Of a stretch of 64,000 bases of DNA, positions 38,401 to 47,829 are shown piece after piece. Numbering within the stretch: position 1 is the first letter of the stretch; every line of letters begins with the position of its first letter. Origin of the DNA: Armatimonadota bacterium (GTDB lineage: Bacteria > Armatimonadota > UBA5829 > DTJY01); contig OY760504.1 in the NCBI GenBank assembly GCA_963663705.1, positions 1,538,788-1,602,787 on the forward strand, read 5' to 3'. The notes under the pieces were generated by a model, which saw only the letters and a list, made by a program, of their open reading frames with translations, was not told where the DNA came from and did no database searches. Both the position numbers and the translations under genes were made by a program.

Positions 38401-38788
38401 CGGCAACTTGAACAGCGTAATCACCTTTAGGCAGATCGGCTGGTAATCGCAGTGTAAAAGGCCCCAAATCCACTGGTCCCCCTTTGTGCCAGGCCGATGC
38501 TCTCTTAGGGACATCAAAACTTTGGGCCAGAAAGACCACATGCGGCATAAGTTCCAGCCGTACTATCATCTTGCTCGGAACTTTTTCGATCTTGGAGACG
38601 GGGCGGATCGATACCCGGAAGCGCCATGAAGATCCGGCCTTCGCAACCCTGGCCGCAACTATTTCCGGCGGCAGCAACCTGGCATGAGGAGGGATCTTTG
38701 TGCTATTTTGCATACTATCAGACATGCATCTTCCAACTGTGCAAAGTAAGATAGAGGCAGTGACTAGTGCGACCGACCACATTTTCAT
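35426..38788 (-). CDS. Large secreted hypothetical protein: possible glycoside-hydrolase-like barrel plus C-terminal TPRs
   Basis: Signal peptide; TPR-like helices (YNLLLGNVRIRRGDAEGARHYY, LGVALMALGDRDGARREF); central PNERG and ATELA segments. Confidence 0.6.
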   Translation of the reverse strand: MKMWSVALVTASILLCTVGRCMSDSMQNSTKIPPHARLLPPEIVAARVAKAGSSWRFRVSIRPVSKIEKVPSKMIVRLELMPHVVFLAQSFDVPKRASAWHKGGPVDLGPFTLRLPADLPKGDYAVQVAVVGEAYAGRSAADLSCGRLKIQGKSTYESTSLKPLDYGTFVDSNGVPHAWHSTAANVLVWDGSPCLYVSGMLNGPYLTSVRIPETFKKFQDNVQAIKKQGLNHVYLTCQTGMNWIPASEWNPIMDYLESQGITYTIGYSWKTQRDLAARPIRARSDIAWATDAILPGEASKQITDSDLGSPVAGEIESCLAIAINANNDVFGPVAASVGEASQGSVTVSTAFTDAPKGNYRIIFLPKLRNSTSSNMNNPWRDREKDTKDVLDYLRQMKFRPGFRGFIDVMIPNERGIHNYAESLFFVDPSFTADRATWLQEKYGDIQQLKKAWALTDTPPSFAIAARLFPAISEVKPGDRLMLLIDPEENKIYRADARQSIFWYEYIDQRDESFGRLGGTMFDAVKEVVDVPIFVKRCGSTERYHASPYRSNQGHDAVGYELYSSGEGLVHYGAGAGYAEMLQSGKYMIGAATELATGYSQQMPANWPNLPEFFSDLSVVNYMGAKINYLFLFDVIAPNYLDQNHLIYDSRMLEWMGLWKRLVDEHSDAIAKHRPIVYTSWPRSDVWWATPSQRRAVRETDDAPGLVPAKAPNGIWVLPVFDAMAPAPVTVVTLADDPAVRYYARDFEKLIARRDRLVILLGLRKNLGALSTDKYFTGEMFDMGGDICQVLKPTRDCKVLEKDDKGRVWALQVGRVQIVARKPKANVTMESVLKFAHVPPVPDTARASAKNYMNKLMGISAVSVGHGRFLGVAFIEYGRPTVVLHSTSRVGNESLTLRVPAGKTVSAIIPADGDKKVEVTGEATIMLRFPPGPGDDLRKGAGKGAVTIVGLKPEELSFVGLESDQVEVSKDAGVTQSSAVPEGVSLPPVIAPVRNQSSQFIDEVKSSAMLEQAIGMYNCNELSEAQRIAEEWIVNASADQLRVYNLLLGNVRIRRGDAEGARHYYSRGLLYLSYDPALRCGLGVALMALGDRDGARREFQAAATVKGPVSEIARRNLDTLK

Positions 38789-38934
38789 CTAAGGATCACC
38801 TTTCGTTTTTGACACACCTGTATACTCAAACAGGCGCACAGGGTATCTTTGTTATATTGATATTTGGCCTTGAATAACGCACATCCGAGCTCATCATAGA
38901 AATGATCAGAGGCGAAGCTGCTGATAGGTGTGTA

Positions 38935-40443
38935 CTATCTCAGGCGATATCCGAAAACCTTGGCGCTACTGAGTCTAAAATGCAGTGAAATCCTTTTGCC
39001 TTTAAGCTTCGAAAGATCGTTTTTCCAGCCATAGCCAGCCCATATTTCGTCGCCAACAAACGATGTTCCATCCGCAAAAGAAAAACCGCGCATTGGTTGC
39101 TTCGAAGATTCTTCGCAAAGTTCCACTTCTACGTCGCCGCTACGGGTTGTTCGGGCGTTAATCTCGATCATATCCCCTTCGAACAATACTGGTTCTGCGT
39201 AGAATTCCCCGTAGTCGCATGATTCTATACCAGCTAACCGGCCGTCGTCCCATAGTGCCCATGCATACCCGCACTTAACGCCTTTTTCAAAATCCTCGTA
39301 AAACGTTCTGAAACGGTCCTCTTCGTGAGTAAGATTGATCCCAAAGTATGGCAGGGCCAATCGACCGTCTGGTAGTCTTACCATGTTTGGGCAGGCGTAG
39401 ATTGAGCCACAATCCCAGTCTCCGTATTTGCCAATATCGATGATCGGCTCGTGTGAGAGCCAGTTGAACGCCAAGCCGTTACCACTTATGGCCGATCGCA
39501 CATCAACATGAGAATCGTTATGATGGTAAATCGCAGGAAACATCAACTTGATTGCCGAATTACCAGGATAATGTGTAAAGCAATTGGTATAATAATCATC
39601 GGCTGGTGCGTCTTCGGGCCCCGGATAAAGGATTGTCTCGGGAGCAGGCCATTTCCGAAAATCCTTGGTTGTACTACGAGAGATAGATCGCCCACCTACA
39701 TGGGACCTGAAGTAGCCGACATACTCTTTAGCAACCGGGTCCCAACAGCCTATGTTTTGTGTATCGCAAAAATAGCGGACCAACGGATCCGGTATGCGAG
39801 TCCATCGGAAACCGTCCGGCGAAACAGCCCCATAAATCCCGTACATGGCAGCCACAGGTGTATTTTCAGCCACATCATGCAGGCGATCGAAGAAAAAGAG
39901 CTTGTAGCGTTCGTCCGGATCTGCGGAGTCATCGCGAAAGAGGGTACCGGCATTGGCATCCGTCGAAACTACATTGTTGCTTGCAGAGCCGTTCAGGGAA
40001 ACCAACCCCAAAGATGGCTTTTTCCAAGTAAAACCGTCTGCAGATTCAGCATAGTTAAGAAACACTTTGCCTGACTCCATTGCCCGGCCACCCTCAAAAA
40101 CCAACTCCTGGTTTTCTCTGGGCATACACTCATACCAGGATCGATAAATGCCGTCTTCCTGAATAACCGTTATGAAATTTAAGTTGCCCTCCCATGGAAG
40201 ATCGCTTATCAGCCAGGGGTCGGATTTTTTTGCCTTTTCAATGGTTACCTTGACCCCGAAAGGAAGGCCCTTTCTTCTGAGACCATGCCCTGTTTGATCG
40301 AAATGAATGCCGAAGTCTCGCGCATATAGTTCAATCTGCTTCTTGCCGGATTCGGAGAGTCTGGATGAATCAAGGGTGGCATCCAAGCTTCCAGATCCAA
40401 CGTTCGTCCAATCCATAAAGAGCACTTCATGCGGTTTAGTCAT
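38935..40443 (-). CDS. Hypothetical beta-propeller protein (GH32/GH43-like fold) with C-terminal beta-sandwich
   Basis: Repeated 'A.S.DG..W' blades, DTQN, C-terminal 'GKRISLHFRLSSAKVFGY'. Confidence 0.5.
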   Translation of the reverse strand: MTKPHEVLFMDWTNVGSGSLDATLDSSRLSESGKKQIELYARDFGIHFDQTGHGLRRKGLPFGVKVTIEKAKKSDPWLISDLPWEGNLNFITVIQEDGIYRSWYECMPRENQELVFEGGRAMESGKVFLNYAESADGFTWKKPSLGLVSLNGSASNNVVSTDANAGTLFRDDSADPDERYKLFFFDRLHDVAENTPVAAMYGIYGAVSPDGFRWTRIPDPLVRYFCDTQNIGCWDPVAKEYVGYFRSHVGGRSISRSTTKDFRKWPAPETILYPGPEDAPADDYYTNCFTHYPGNSAIKLMFPAIYHHNDSHVDVRSAISGNGLAFNWLSHEPIIDIGKYGDWDCGSIYACPNMVRLPDGRLALPYFGINLTHEEDRFRTFYEDFEKGVKCGYAWALWDDGRLAGIESCDYGEFYAEPVLFEGDMIEINARTTRSGDVEVELCEESSKQPMRGFSFADGTSFVGDEIWAGYGWKNDLSKLKGKRISLHFRLSSAKVFGYRLR

Positions 40444-40507
40444 GACTATTATCCTTTAGCGCAAAATATTATGTTGGTACAGATTCAGCTATATGATAGA
40501 GCGTGAG

Positions 40508-40540
40508 AAAGCTGCGTGCAATAGAATAACACGCAGCTTT
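40508..40540. other. 11-bp perfect stem-loop downstream of the second PEP-CTERM gene
   Basis: aaagctgcgtg / cacgcagcttt. Confidence 0.55.
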
Positions 40541-40602
40541 TCCTGACGGATGCACCGCAAGTAGTTACCAGCCCTAGTTAACAGTAAAAACTGTTTTACT
40601 TT

Positions 40603-41568
40603 TTAGCGCAAACTACTTCTGCGACGAATTCCATAGCCAGCCATACCTAAAAGTCCCAGGCCAAGTGAAAGAAGCGCGCTCGGCTCCGGAACGGGGGCAT
40701 CGGCAGCACCCCAGGTCACGAAATAACCGGTTGTACCGGATGGATTACTGAAAAAATCCTCCTGTACAGGAGTCATCGATTGAGTATCAAACCGGACTAC
40801 ACCGACTGCGTTATCTGCATACAGTTTGCCATCCGGACCGATAGCAACCCCATAAGTACGAGCGCCTCCCGAGGTGTTTGCAACCCATCCATCTGCCGTG
40901 CCGTCAGTATCATAGCGAGATACCTTGTTGTAATAATTCGACACATAGAGTTTGCCGGCATCATACGCCAGACCGTACAAGTATTCCCCACTTCCCGCAG
41001 CCACAGAAAAGCTGTCTTTCGACCAGTCTGAGGTATTGTAGCGAATGACCTCTGCGTCTGTCGACACATACATCTTACCATTTCCGTCAAAAACGATATC
41101 GTTAGCTGACTGGCCTGACACAATCGTAGTTTTGCTTTGCGTAGCCGTGTCTATTTTGATAATATCGCCAGTTCCATATACGCCAGCGTACAGGCCGCCG
41201 TCCGAGCCAAAGGTCAAAGCACCTACATAGCTTAACCCGGTCATGCTCCAGGAATCATCCACCACACCGGTCGTCATATCCGCTCGATGTATAGCGTTAC
41301 CAGAGTAGAATGTGGAGAAATACATGTAGCCATCTGATGATAGCGCAGTATGGTGGACTGTGCCTGAAACACCATTAACAAACACTGCACCGGCGTTCCC
41401 ATCTGAGGGCGCCGCATTGCCGTCCTGGTCATAGCGGAATATGTCACCCGTCGTGGTCGAAGTTTGGTATATGTACGCAGCCCTGACATTGGCTCCTACC
41501 ATAAATATCATTCCTAGCACGAGAACAGCTATCAGCATTAGGCTGACCTTGCATTTTCTATGTTGCAT
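40603..41568 (-). CDS. PEP-CTERM protein with NHL/Vgb-like beta-propeller repeats
   Basis: Signal peptide; repeats FGSDGGLY, FDGNGKMY, IGPDGKLY; PVPEPSALLSLGLGLLGMAGYGIRRR. Confidence 0.9.
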   Translation of the reverse strand: MQHRKCKVSLMLIAVLVLGMIFMVGANVRAAYIYQTSTTTGDIFRYDQDGNAAPSDGNAGAVFVNGVSGTVHHTALSSDGYMYFSTFYSGNAIHRADMTTGVVDDSWSMTGLSYVGALTFGSDGGLYAGVYGTGDIIKIDTATQSKTTIVSGQSANDIVFDGNGKMYVSTDAEVIRYNTSDWSKDSFSVAAGSGEYLYGLAYDAGKLYVSNYYNKVSRYDTDGTADGWVANTSGGARTYGVAIGPDGKLYADNAVGVVRFDTQSMTPVQEDFFSNPSGTTGYFVTWGAADAPVPEPSALLSLGLGLLGMAGYGIRRRSSLR

Positions 41569-41822
41569 TGCTCTTTCTCCCTTCAACTAATCACGCATTG
41601 TGCTGTTGTTTTGGTGTTATCAAACAACAAATACCACCGGTACTATGGAAACCGCCATAATGGCCGACTCCCATCAGCCAATTGTCTCTATGCCGCTGAC
41701 CCCTCCTTTGTTCGATTTGGATATAAAACATTTGTTTGAGGGCCGTAACAAGCTCGCCGATTGTGCAGCGACTAACAGCCAGGATTCCAGTCGATTTTCA
41801 GCTGCATACAATGCCATTGCCT

Positions 41823-41839
41823 GAGTGCTCTTAGCACTC
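41823..41839. promoter_or_regulatory. Palindromic operator GAGTGCT-CTT-AGCACTC
   Basis: Perfect 7-bp arms; same motif as 32514-32526 and 42176-42188. Confidence 0.6.
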
Positions 41840-42317
41840 TATGCCTGATGGTAGCACATGCCAGCTAAAACGTCAAGCACTATTATTCAAATCCGATAAT
41901 TCTTCCCCTAGCCCCTTGGACACCAGGTGACGTTGGCAGGATAGCGCACCCTCTATCTAGCGTGCGAGATAAGATGCAGACAAGGGAGGATTATTGCTCA
42001 GCTTGAGTTGTTGAGATTACTTAGCGCAATATACACAAGTAGCCTGATGCAGCAACGCATTCACAGGAAAGAACCTCTGCGGGCGATGTTCCAGAGTCCG
42101 AATCACGATGCTAAAATATTCAGTCAGCTGTGGTTTGAAGGCGAGGATCATGGCTTTCAGAAGATGTTTGCATTGGTGCTATGAGCACATAGGTTTCTTT
42201 ATTTCAAATCCAGGCGATAAGCTGGTCGAATCGCTTGCGGAGACTTACCGGTGCATGCGGTTAGCGGTGTCGTGTGGTACTGGCTAGGCTAGTTGTCTTC
42301 ATTCTGCCCTCAAACAA

Positions 42318-42941
42318 CTAATATCTAATAGCATATAGGTAGCCAACCAGCACGATCCCCAGATCGGCAAGGAAGTGCGAAGAGGTGACGAGCAGTGTTC
42401 CATTGCGATGCCTCGCAGAGTGCTTCCAAATCCAGGATGCGAATACAAGCAGCACGAATGCAAATGGGAGCCATTGCCAACGCATGAAGAGCCCCAATAC
42501 CAGCATATGATAGCCTGCAAACAGAAAATCACTCCTTGCAGGGCGCTGGGCAGGGGTTTCCAGATATCGCCGCCAGAATAGCTCCTCGAATATGGGGTTG
42601 ATTGCACAGTAGTATATTCCAAAGGTGAGCCAGGAAGTAAGCCCCATTTGATTGAGTCTGGCTCCGAAGTCCGGTGAAATGCCAAAAATCGGCCACAATA
42701 CGTACAGCACCACACCGGTAAATACTCCTATCAGAGCGTTAAGCATAAGCATAATCTTCCAATTGCTCTTTGTGCGACTTTTCCTATTCCGCCAATCACG
42801 GTCGCACCAAAGTAATACTCCAACCGCAAGATGGTATGATACAGCAGCGATCCAGATATTATGTATCAGGTAGATGCCGATAAGAACCGCCAGATATGGA
42901 ATTAATGGCGCAAAGTATTTGACTGCTGATGTGTTTTTCAC
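42318..42941 (-). CDS. CPBP (CAAX/Abi) intramembrane metalloprotease
   Basis: EELFWR, FAGYH, SSHFLAD motifs in a multi-TM protein. Confidence 0.85.
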   Translation of the reverse strand: MKNTSAVKYFAPLIPYLAVLIGIYLIHNIWIAAVSYHLAVGVLLWCDRDWRNRKSRTKSNWKIMLMLNALIGVFTGVVLYVLWPIFGISPDFGARLNQMGLTSWLTFGIYYCAINPIFEELFWRRYLETPAQRPARSDFLFAGYHMLVLGLFMRWQWLPFAFVLLVFASWIWKHSARHRNGTLLVTSSHFLADLGIVLVGYLYAIRY

Positions 42942-43025
42942 ACGATGCTCCTGCTGTTTGTCCTGGATTCTTGTATGCTGACCGACTGATAACCGGTGGG
43001 GATGGTATATCTCATAAGCAAGGGA

Positions 43026-43754
43026 TTAATATATTCCAAGAGGCTCACCAAGTTCCTTTGCCCTGCCATCCGGCATCCAATCCGAAATACTCCCTGGAGT
43101 TGCACCGCGAATGGGGAATTTACAAGGATGTTTAAAATCCCTAGGCTGGATCAGCCTGCAGCCTGTTATGCGGTGTTTCCGTATAAATGATGCTACGCGG
43201 TCTGTAACCACACGGTATAATGGATATGGCCATACTATGAAGAAATCGCTTCCATCCCATTGATCTTCATCAACAAGATACTCCCAATTCATATATCCAT
43301 CCCACATGAGGCTATCTGGTAAACGATGCAAACCAGATTCGGGGCCCACTACTCCACCCCATCCGGTGACAGTAAGTTCCGAGTAAGGGGGGATAGCATC
43401 ATCTTTTACAATAGCTGTTTCACAGGCAATCCTAAATGCACTTTTTTTGCTTGCTTCCGTCTCTCTTCCGACTGTTGCTGGCCTGGTTTCAAATCCGGTA
43501 AAACCGCTATCACGTAACATTTCGACCACACGGTCTTGTATCATGCAATTACTTATAGTCCAAATAAAATCAGTAGGTTTTTTTGCATCCAACACAACGC
43601 GCAATTCCGTAAGCCTTTTTGCCGGGCCGCCGTAATACGTATATATTCCATGGGCAACCTGGCTTGGATAATCGCTTGCTCTCCAAAGCATGCCGGAGCC
43701 CCAGTCTGCCTGGCTTTTTTCTGGCGAATCTAGAAGCCAAAAGTTACTAGCCAT
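43026..43754 (-). CDS. Hypothetical protein resembling Imm11/DUF1629-type immunity proteins
   Basis: 'IQDRVVEML…GFTGF' and 'WDGSDFF…VVTDRVASFI…ITG' repeats; AT-richer than neighbours; start after GAGG. Confidence 0.45.
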   Translation of the reverse strand: MASNFWLLDSPEKSQADWGSGMLWRASDYPSQVAHGIYTYYGGPAKRLTELRVVLDAKKPTDFIWTISNCMIQDRVVEMLRDSGFTGFETRPATVGRETEASKKSAFRIACETAIVKDDAIPPYSELTVTGWGGVVGPESGLHRLPDSLMWDGYMNWEYLVDEDQWDGSDFFIVWPYPLYRVVTDRVASFIRKHRITGCRLIQPRDFKHPCKFPIRGATPGSISDWMPDGRAKELGEPLGIY

Positions 43755-44110
43755 ATAGTTTACCTCACAAACTTGTCTAAGCCGAATTGGTCGATCATAT
43801 CTGCTTGAGCCCCTCAAATAATCCATATGCGCACACAGCGCCCGGTTTATTATGTGCTCTGCCATAATCAATATATATAACAATCTCCAATATATGTCAA
43901 TTTTCCTGTAAGTATATAGGCGCTTCCATGTTGCTCAGCTGAGCTCTTTTGAAGCCGATCTATTTTTTTGCCCGGCAGCACAATTGTGACGTAAATCGGT
44001 TATAATTGAATACAATCCGGTGATTCGCAGACAGACAGATTCGGTGCCCTATACTGTCTGGACAGCGGTGATGGCTTCGCCTCAGGATAAATGGAGGAAC
44101 TTAGCGCAAG

Positions 44111-45460
44111 ATGAAAAAAGCATCGGAGAACAGATTGAAAATCGTCATAGTAGGAGCGGCAAGCCTTGGATTCGGTCGAGGTGCCATTGCCGGTTTTCTT
44201 GCAGAAAAAAACCTGAATACATGCGATCTGGAAATAGCATTACTGGATGTCGACAGTGAAGCTCTGGACGTCATGCAGCAGATGGCCTGCCTCATCAGAG
44301 ATTTCTATGGCAGTAAAGCAGTGATAACCGCTACCACGGACCGCAAAGAAGCTCTTATCGGCGCTGATTATGTAATCAATGCTGTTGCAAAAAAGAGAAT
44401 GGCCCTATGGCAGGAAGATTTTTTTGTACCCATGGCTTTTGGTTTCAAACATGGCATGGGAGAAAATGGAGGACCTGGAGGTACATTCCATGCTCTACGA
44501 AGTATTCATCTGATACTTCCCATCGCAAAGGACATGGAAGCGCTGTGTCCAAATGCATACCTGCTCAACTATTCCAACCCTGAGAGCAGGGTCTGCTTCG
44601 CAATACACAGGTTTACGAAAATCAAGACCGTCGGATTGTGCCACGGAGCATTCGTCACCCTCGAGAAAATCGCCGAGATACTTGGCAGACCCGCAGAAGA
44701 GATAGAAATAACCATTGGCGGCATCAACCACTTCCACTGGGCACTCAAAATTGAAGATTTGGCTGACGGAAGTGATCTCTACCCCATGCTGCACTACAAG
44801 TTGGCGTCGTCTGACTTTGGACTGGAGCCGTTCATACGGCGAATGTACGATATCTTCGGGCTCTTCCCCATGCCTTGCGCCAATCACGTGGGCGAGTTTG
44901 TATCGTTCGGAGCAGAGATGATCGGACCGCATTGGCTGCATACATGCGGCAAGGATAGAAGCGAGTTCTTGATGGGTGACAAATCCGGACAGCGATGGAC
45001 CTATTACGATGCCACCCTTGAGGACTTCAAAGACGTCATTCACGGACGCCGGGAGTTGACGGAGGAGTTCACCGCGGCTCCTTCAACCGACGTCGCAGTC
45101 TCCATAATACGCGACATCGAGCTGAATTATGCAGAGCGGCTGATGTCGGTGAACGTGCCAAACGACGGTCATATAGTCGAGAACCTGCCGGAGGATTGTA
45201 TAGTAGAGGTACCGGCCTGCGTGGATGGGGATGGACTCCATCCAATACATGTAGGGGCATTGCCGGATGGAATAGCATCGATGTGCACTCTGCAGATCGG
45301 GGTGCAGGATTTGCTGCTGCAAGCGTATGAGCAGCGGTCAAAGAAGCTTCTTCTGCAGGCATTGCTGCTTGATCCTGTAATCGACGATATAAATCGCGCC
45401 GAGAAAATGATGGAAGAGCTTTTACGGGTGGAAGCCCCTTTCCTGCCGGAATTCAAATAG
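44111..45460 (+). CDS. GH4 NAD-dependent glycosidase (alpha-galactosidase-like)
   Basis: VGAASLGF, GENGGPGG, NYSNP, GLCHG, GINHFHW, CIVEVPA. Confidence 0.92.
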   Translation: MKKASENRLKIVIVGAASLGFGRGAIAGFLAEKNLNTCDLEIALLDVDSEALDVMQQMACLIRDFYGSKAVITATTDRKEALIGADYVINAVAKKRMALWQEDFFVPMAFGFKHGMGENGGPGGTFHALRSIHLILPIAKDMEALCPNAYLLNYSNPESRVCFAIHRFTKIKTVGLCHGAFVTLEKIAEILGRPAEEIEITIGGINHFHWALKIEDLADGSDLYPMLHYKLASSDFGLEPFIRRMYDIFGLFPMPCANHVGEFVSFGAEMIGPHWLHTCGKDRSEFLMGDKSGQRWTYYDATLEDFKDVIHGRRELTEEFTAAPSTDVAVSIIRDIELNYAERLMSVNVPNDGHIVENLPEDCIVEVPACVDGDGLHPIHVGALPDGIASMCTLQIGVQDLLLQAYEQRSKKLLLQALLLDPVIDDINRAEKMMEELLRVEAPFLPEFK

Positions 45461-45481
45461 GATTCGCGGGAAATCGAATGC

Positions 45482-45510
45482 TTGACACGATCCTTACTCG
45501 GTTGTAGAAT
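45482..45510 (+). promoter_or_regulatory. Sigma70 promoter of the thi operon
   Basis: TTGACA 45482-45487, 17 bp, TAGAAT 45505-45510. Confidence 0.7.
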
Positions 45511-45537
45511 AATAAGACAACTTCATAATCGATAATA

Positions 45538-45627
45538 TATACGAGGGAGCTCATGTTATGGGCTGAGAGTGGACTATAAGCACCAGACCTCTAGACCTGA
45601 TCGGGATAATGCCCGCGTAGGAAGTAC
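45538..45627 (+). ncRNA. TPP riboswitch aptamer
   Basis: GGGAGC…GGCTGAGAG…ACCTGATCGGGATAATGCCCGCGTAGGAAG directly upstream of thiS. Confidence 0.93.
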
Positions 45628-45630
45628 TTC

Positions 45631-45666
45631 AAAGCACACCTAAACGCGGGTGTGCTTTTTTTGTTT
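45631..45666 (+). terminator. Riboswitch expression-platform terminator
   Basis: aagcacacc / ggtgtgctt stem plus U-tract. Confidence 0.85.
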
Positions 45667-45684
45667 GTTAGGGAGGTGAATCAA

Positions 45685-45885
45685 GTGCGCGTTTACGTTA
45701 ACGGCAAGGAATCGGACGTCGCCGAAGGGTTGACAGTGGCGGCGATGGTGGCCGAAAAAGGCCTAAGCCCCAATGCGGTAGTAGTGGAGCATAACTCGGT
45801 CATACTGCCGACCGAAAAGTGGCCGCAGTGTGTGCTCGCGGCCGGCGACAAATTAGAAATGATAACCTTTGTAGGAGGAGGCTAG
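45685..45885 (+). CDS. thiS: Sulfur carrier protein ThiS
   Basis: VNG start, C-terminal ITFVGGG; GGGAGG RBS. Confidence 0.95.
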   Translation: MRVYVNGKESDVAEGLTVAAMVAEKGLSPNAVVVEHNSVILPTEKWPQCVLAAGDKLEMITFVGGG

Positions 45886-45889
45886 TGTT

Positions 45890-46669
45890 ATGTCAGATGT
45901 ACTAAAAATCGGCGGCAGGGAGCTTACCAGCCGTCTATTCCTGGGGACCGGCAAGTTCGCATCCAACAAGATAATCCCTGAAGTGGTATCCGCGTCCGGG
46001 GCGCAGGTGATCACCGTAGCGGTAAGACGTGTGGATACGGCTTATGCCGAGGAAAATATCTTAACTTATATCCCAAAGGATCGTGTTCTCATGGCCAACA
46101 CATCAGGCGCTCGAAACGCCGAGGAAGCGGTGCGTATCGCTCGGCTGGCGAGAGCTGCCGGATGCGGCGACTGGATCAAAATCGAAGTCATTTCCGATAA
46201 CCGCTACCTGATGCCGGACAACTTTGAAACCATCAAAGCGACAGAAATCCTTGCGGCTGAAGGTTTTGTCGTGCTGCCATACATGAGCCCCGACCTGATG
46301 TCTGCAAGACGGCTTGTCGATGCCGGGGCGGCGGCGGTCATGCCTCTTGGCGCTCCCATCGGCACTAACAGAGGGCTGAGGACCACAGAGCTTGTTCGCA
46401 TTCTAATTGAAGAAATCCCGCTGCCCGTCATAGTGGATGCCGGTATCGGCAGACCGTCGGAGGCCGCAGAGGCGATGGAGATGGGCGCCGCTGCTGTGCT
46501 CGTAAATACTGCGGTGGCAACTGCGAGCGATCCTGTTGCCATGGGCAGGGCCTTCGGCATGGCGGTCGATGCCGGACGTATCGCATACCTTTCCGGTCCT
46601 GGCGCGGTTCAACAGTATGCGAGCGCATCGTCGCCCCTGACCGGATTCCTGTCCGAGCAGTTCCAATGA
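45890..46669 (+). CDS. thiG: Thiazole synthase
   Basis: [37 protein letters not shown]. Confidence 0.97.
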   Translation: MSDVLKIGGRELTSRLFLGTGKFASNKIIPEVVSASGAQVITVAVRRVDTAYAEENILTYIPKDRVLMANTSGARNAEEAVRIARLARAAGCGDWIKIEVISDNRYLMPDNFETIKATEILAAEGFVVLPYMSPDLMSARRLVDAGAAAVMPLGAPIGTNRGLRTTELVRILIEEIPLPVIVDAGIGRPSEAAEAMEMGAAAVLVNTAVATASDPVAMGRAFGMAVDAGRIAYLSGPGAVQQYASASSPLTGFLSEQFQ

Positions 46670-46687
46670 GCATGAGGAATAAAGATT

Positions 46688-47788
46688 ATGAGCTTTTTTG
46701 AAATAGTCGAACAATACCAGGCTTTCGATACAGGCGCCTTTTTCAGCCGTGTAACAGAGGCCGACGTCCGCCGGGCGATCGGTGAAAACCGGCTCACGCC
46801 AATGGACTATCTGACACTCCTCTCGCCCCAGGCGGAAATATACCTGGAGGAGATGGCCCAAAAGTCTCACCGTCTGACCGTGCAGCATTTTGGGCACACC
46901 ATGCAATTATTTACGCCAATGTATGTAGCCAATCACTGTGTGAATCATTGCCTGTACTGCGGTTTTAACACCAACAACAATTTGCACCGCACCAAGCTCA
47001 CGCCAGGCGAAGTTGCAGATGAGGCCAGGATTATCGCTTCCACAGGGCTTAAGCATATCCTGCTCCTGACCGGGGAGTCTCGGAAGCATTCGCCGGTGTC
47101 ATACATCAAAGACTGTGTGGAAGTGCTCAAGCGCTACTTCACCTCCATAGGTATCGAGATCTACCCGCTCAAAGAGGAAGAGTACATCGAACTGGCAGAC
47201 GCAGGGGTGGATGGACTGACAATGTTTCAGGAGACGTATGATCGTGATGCCTACGCATATCTTCATCCAGCCGGGCCCAAACGGGATTATCGATTCCGCC
47301 TGGATGCTCCTGAACGAGGCTGCCGGGCACGGATGCGCAGTGTAGGTATAGGCGCCCTATTGGGATTAGCCGACTGGAGACGGGAAGCCTTCCTGACAGG
47401 GCTGCACGCCGACTACCTGCAGCGTAAATATCCGGATGTTGAGCTGAGCATCTCGCCGCCACGCATGCGCCCGCACCTTGGGGGCTTCCAGGCTGAAATC
47501 GACGTTACCGATAAAAACCTTGTCCAGTATGTCACTGCTATCCGGCTGTTTATGCCGAGATGCGGTATAACTCTGTCATCCCGCGAGGCACCCGCTCTCC
47601 GCGAAAAAATGACCAAACTGGGCGTCACAAGGATGTCGGGAGGTGTCTCCACAGCAGTGGGCGGTCGCTCGCACGGCGACGAGACCGGCCAGTTCGAGAT
47701 CGCGGACGAAAGGTCTGTGGCAGAGATGGCGAAGATGCTTTATACCCTTGGATGCCAGCCGGTATATAAAGACTGGCAAGCCATATAG
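46688..47788 (+). CDS. thiH: 2-iminoacetate synthase (radical SAM)
   Basis: [31 protein letters not shown]. Confidence 0.95.
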   Translation: MSFFEIVEQYQAFDTGAFFSRVTEADVRRAIGENRLTPMDYLTLLSPQAEIYLEEMAQKSHRLTVQHFGHTMQLFTPMYVANHCVNHCLYCGFNTNNNLHRTKLTPGEVADEARIIASTGLKHILLLTGESRKHSPVSYIKDCVEVLKRYFTSIGIEIYPLKEEEYIELADAGVDGLTMFQETYDRDAYAYLHPAGPKRDYRFRLDAPERGCRARMRSVGIGALLGLADWRREAFLTGLHADYLQRKYPDVELSISPPRMRPHLGGFQAEIDVTDKNLVQYVTAIRLFMPRCGITLSSREAPALREKMTKLGVTRMSGGVSTAVGGRSHGDETGQFEIADERSVAEMAKMLYTLGCQPVYKDWQAI

Positions 47789-47829
47789 AACTCAGATTGG
47801 GATGAGGGAAGATTGTCTGGAGTTACAGA

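Noticed and set aside
41831-41857. CIRCE (HrcA) element, because TTAGCACTC is present
   Set aside because: The second arm GAGTGCTAA is absent at 9-bp spacing; the arms here face the opposite way with a 3-bp spacer, and no chaperone genes are nearby
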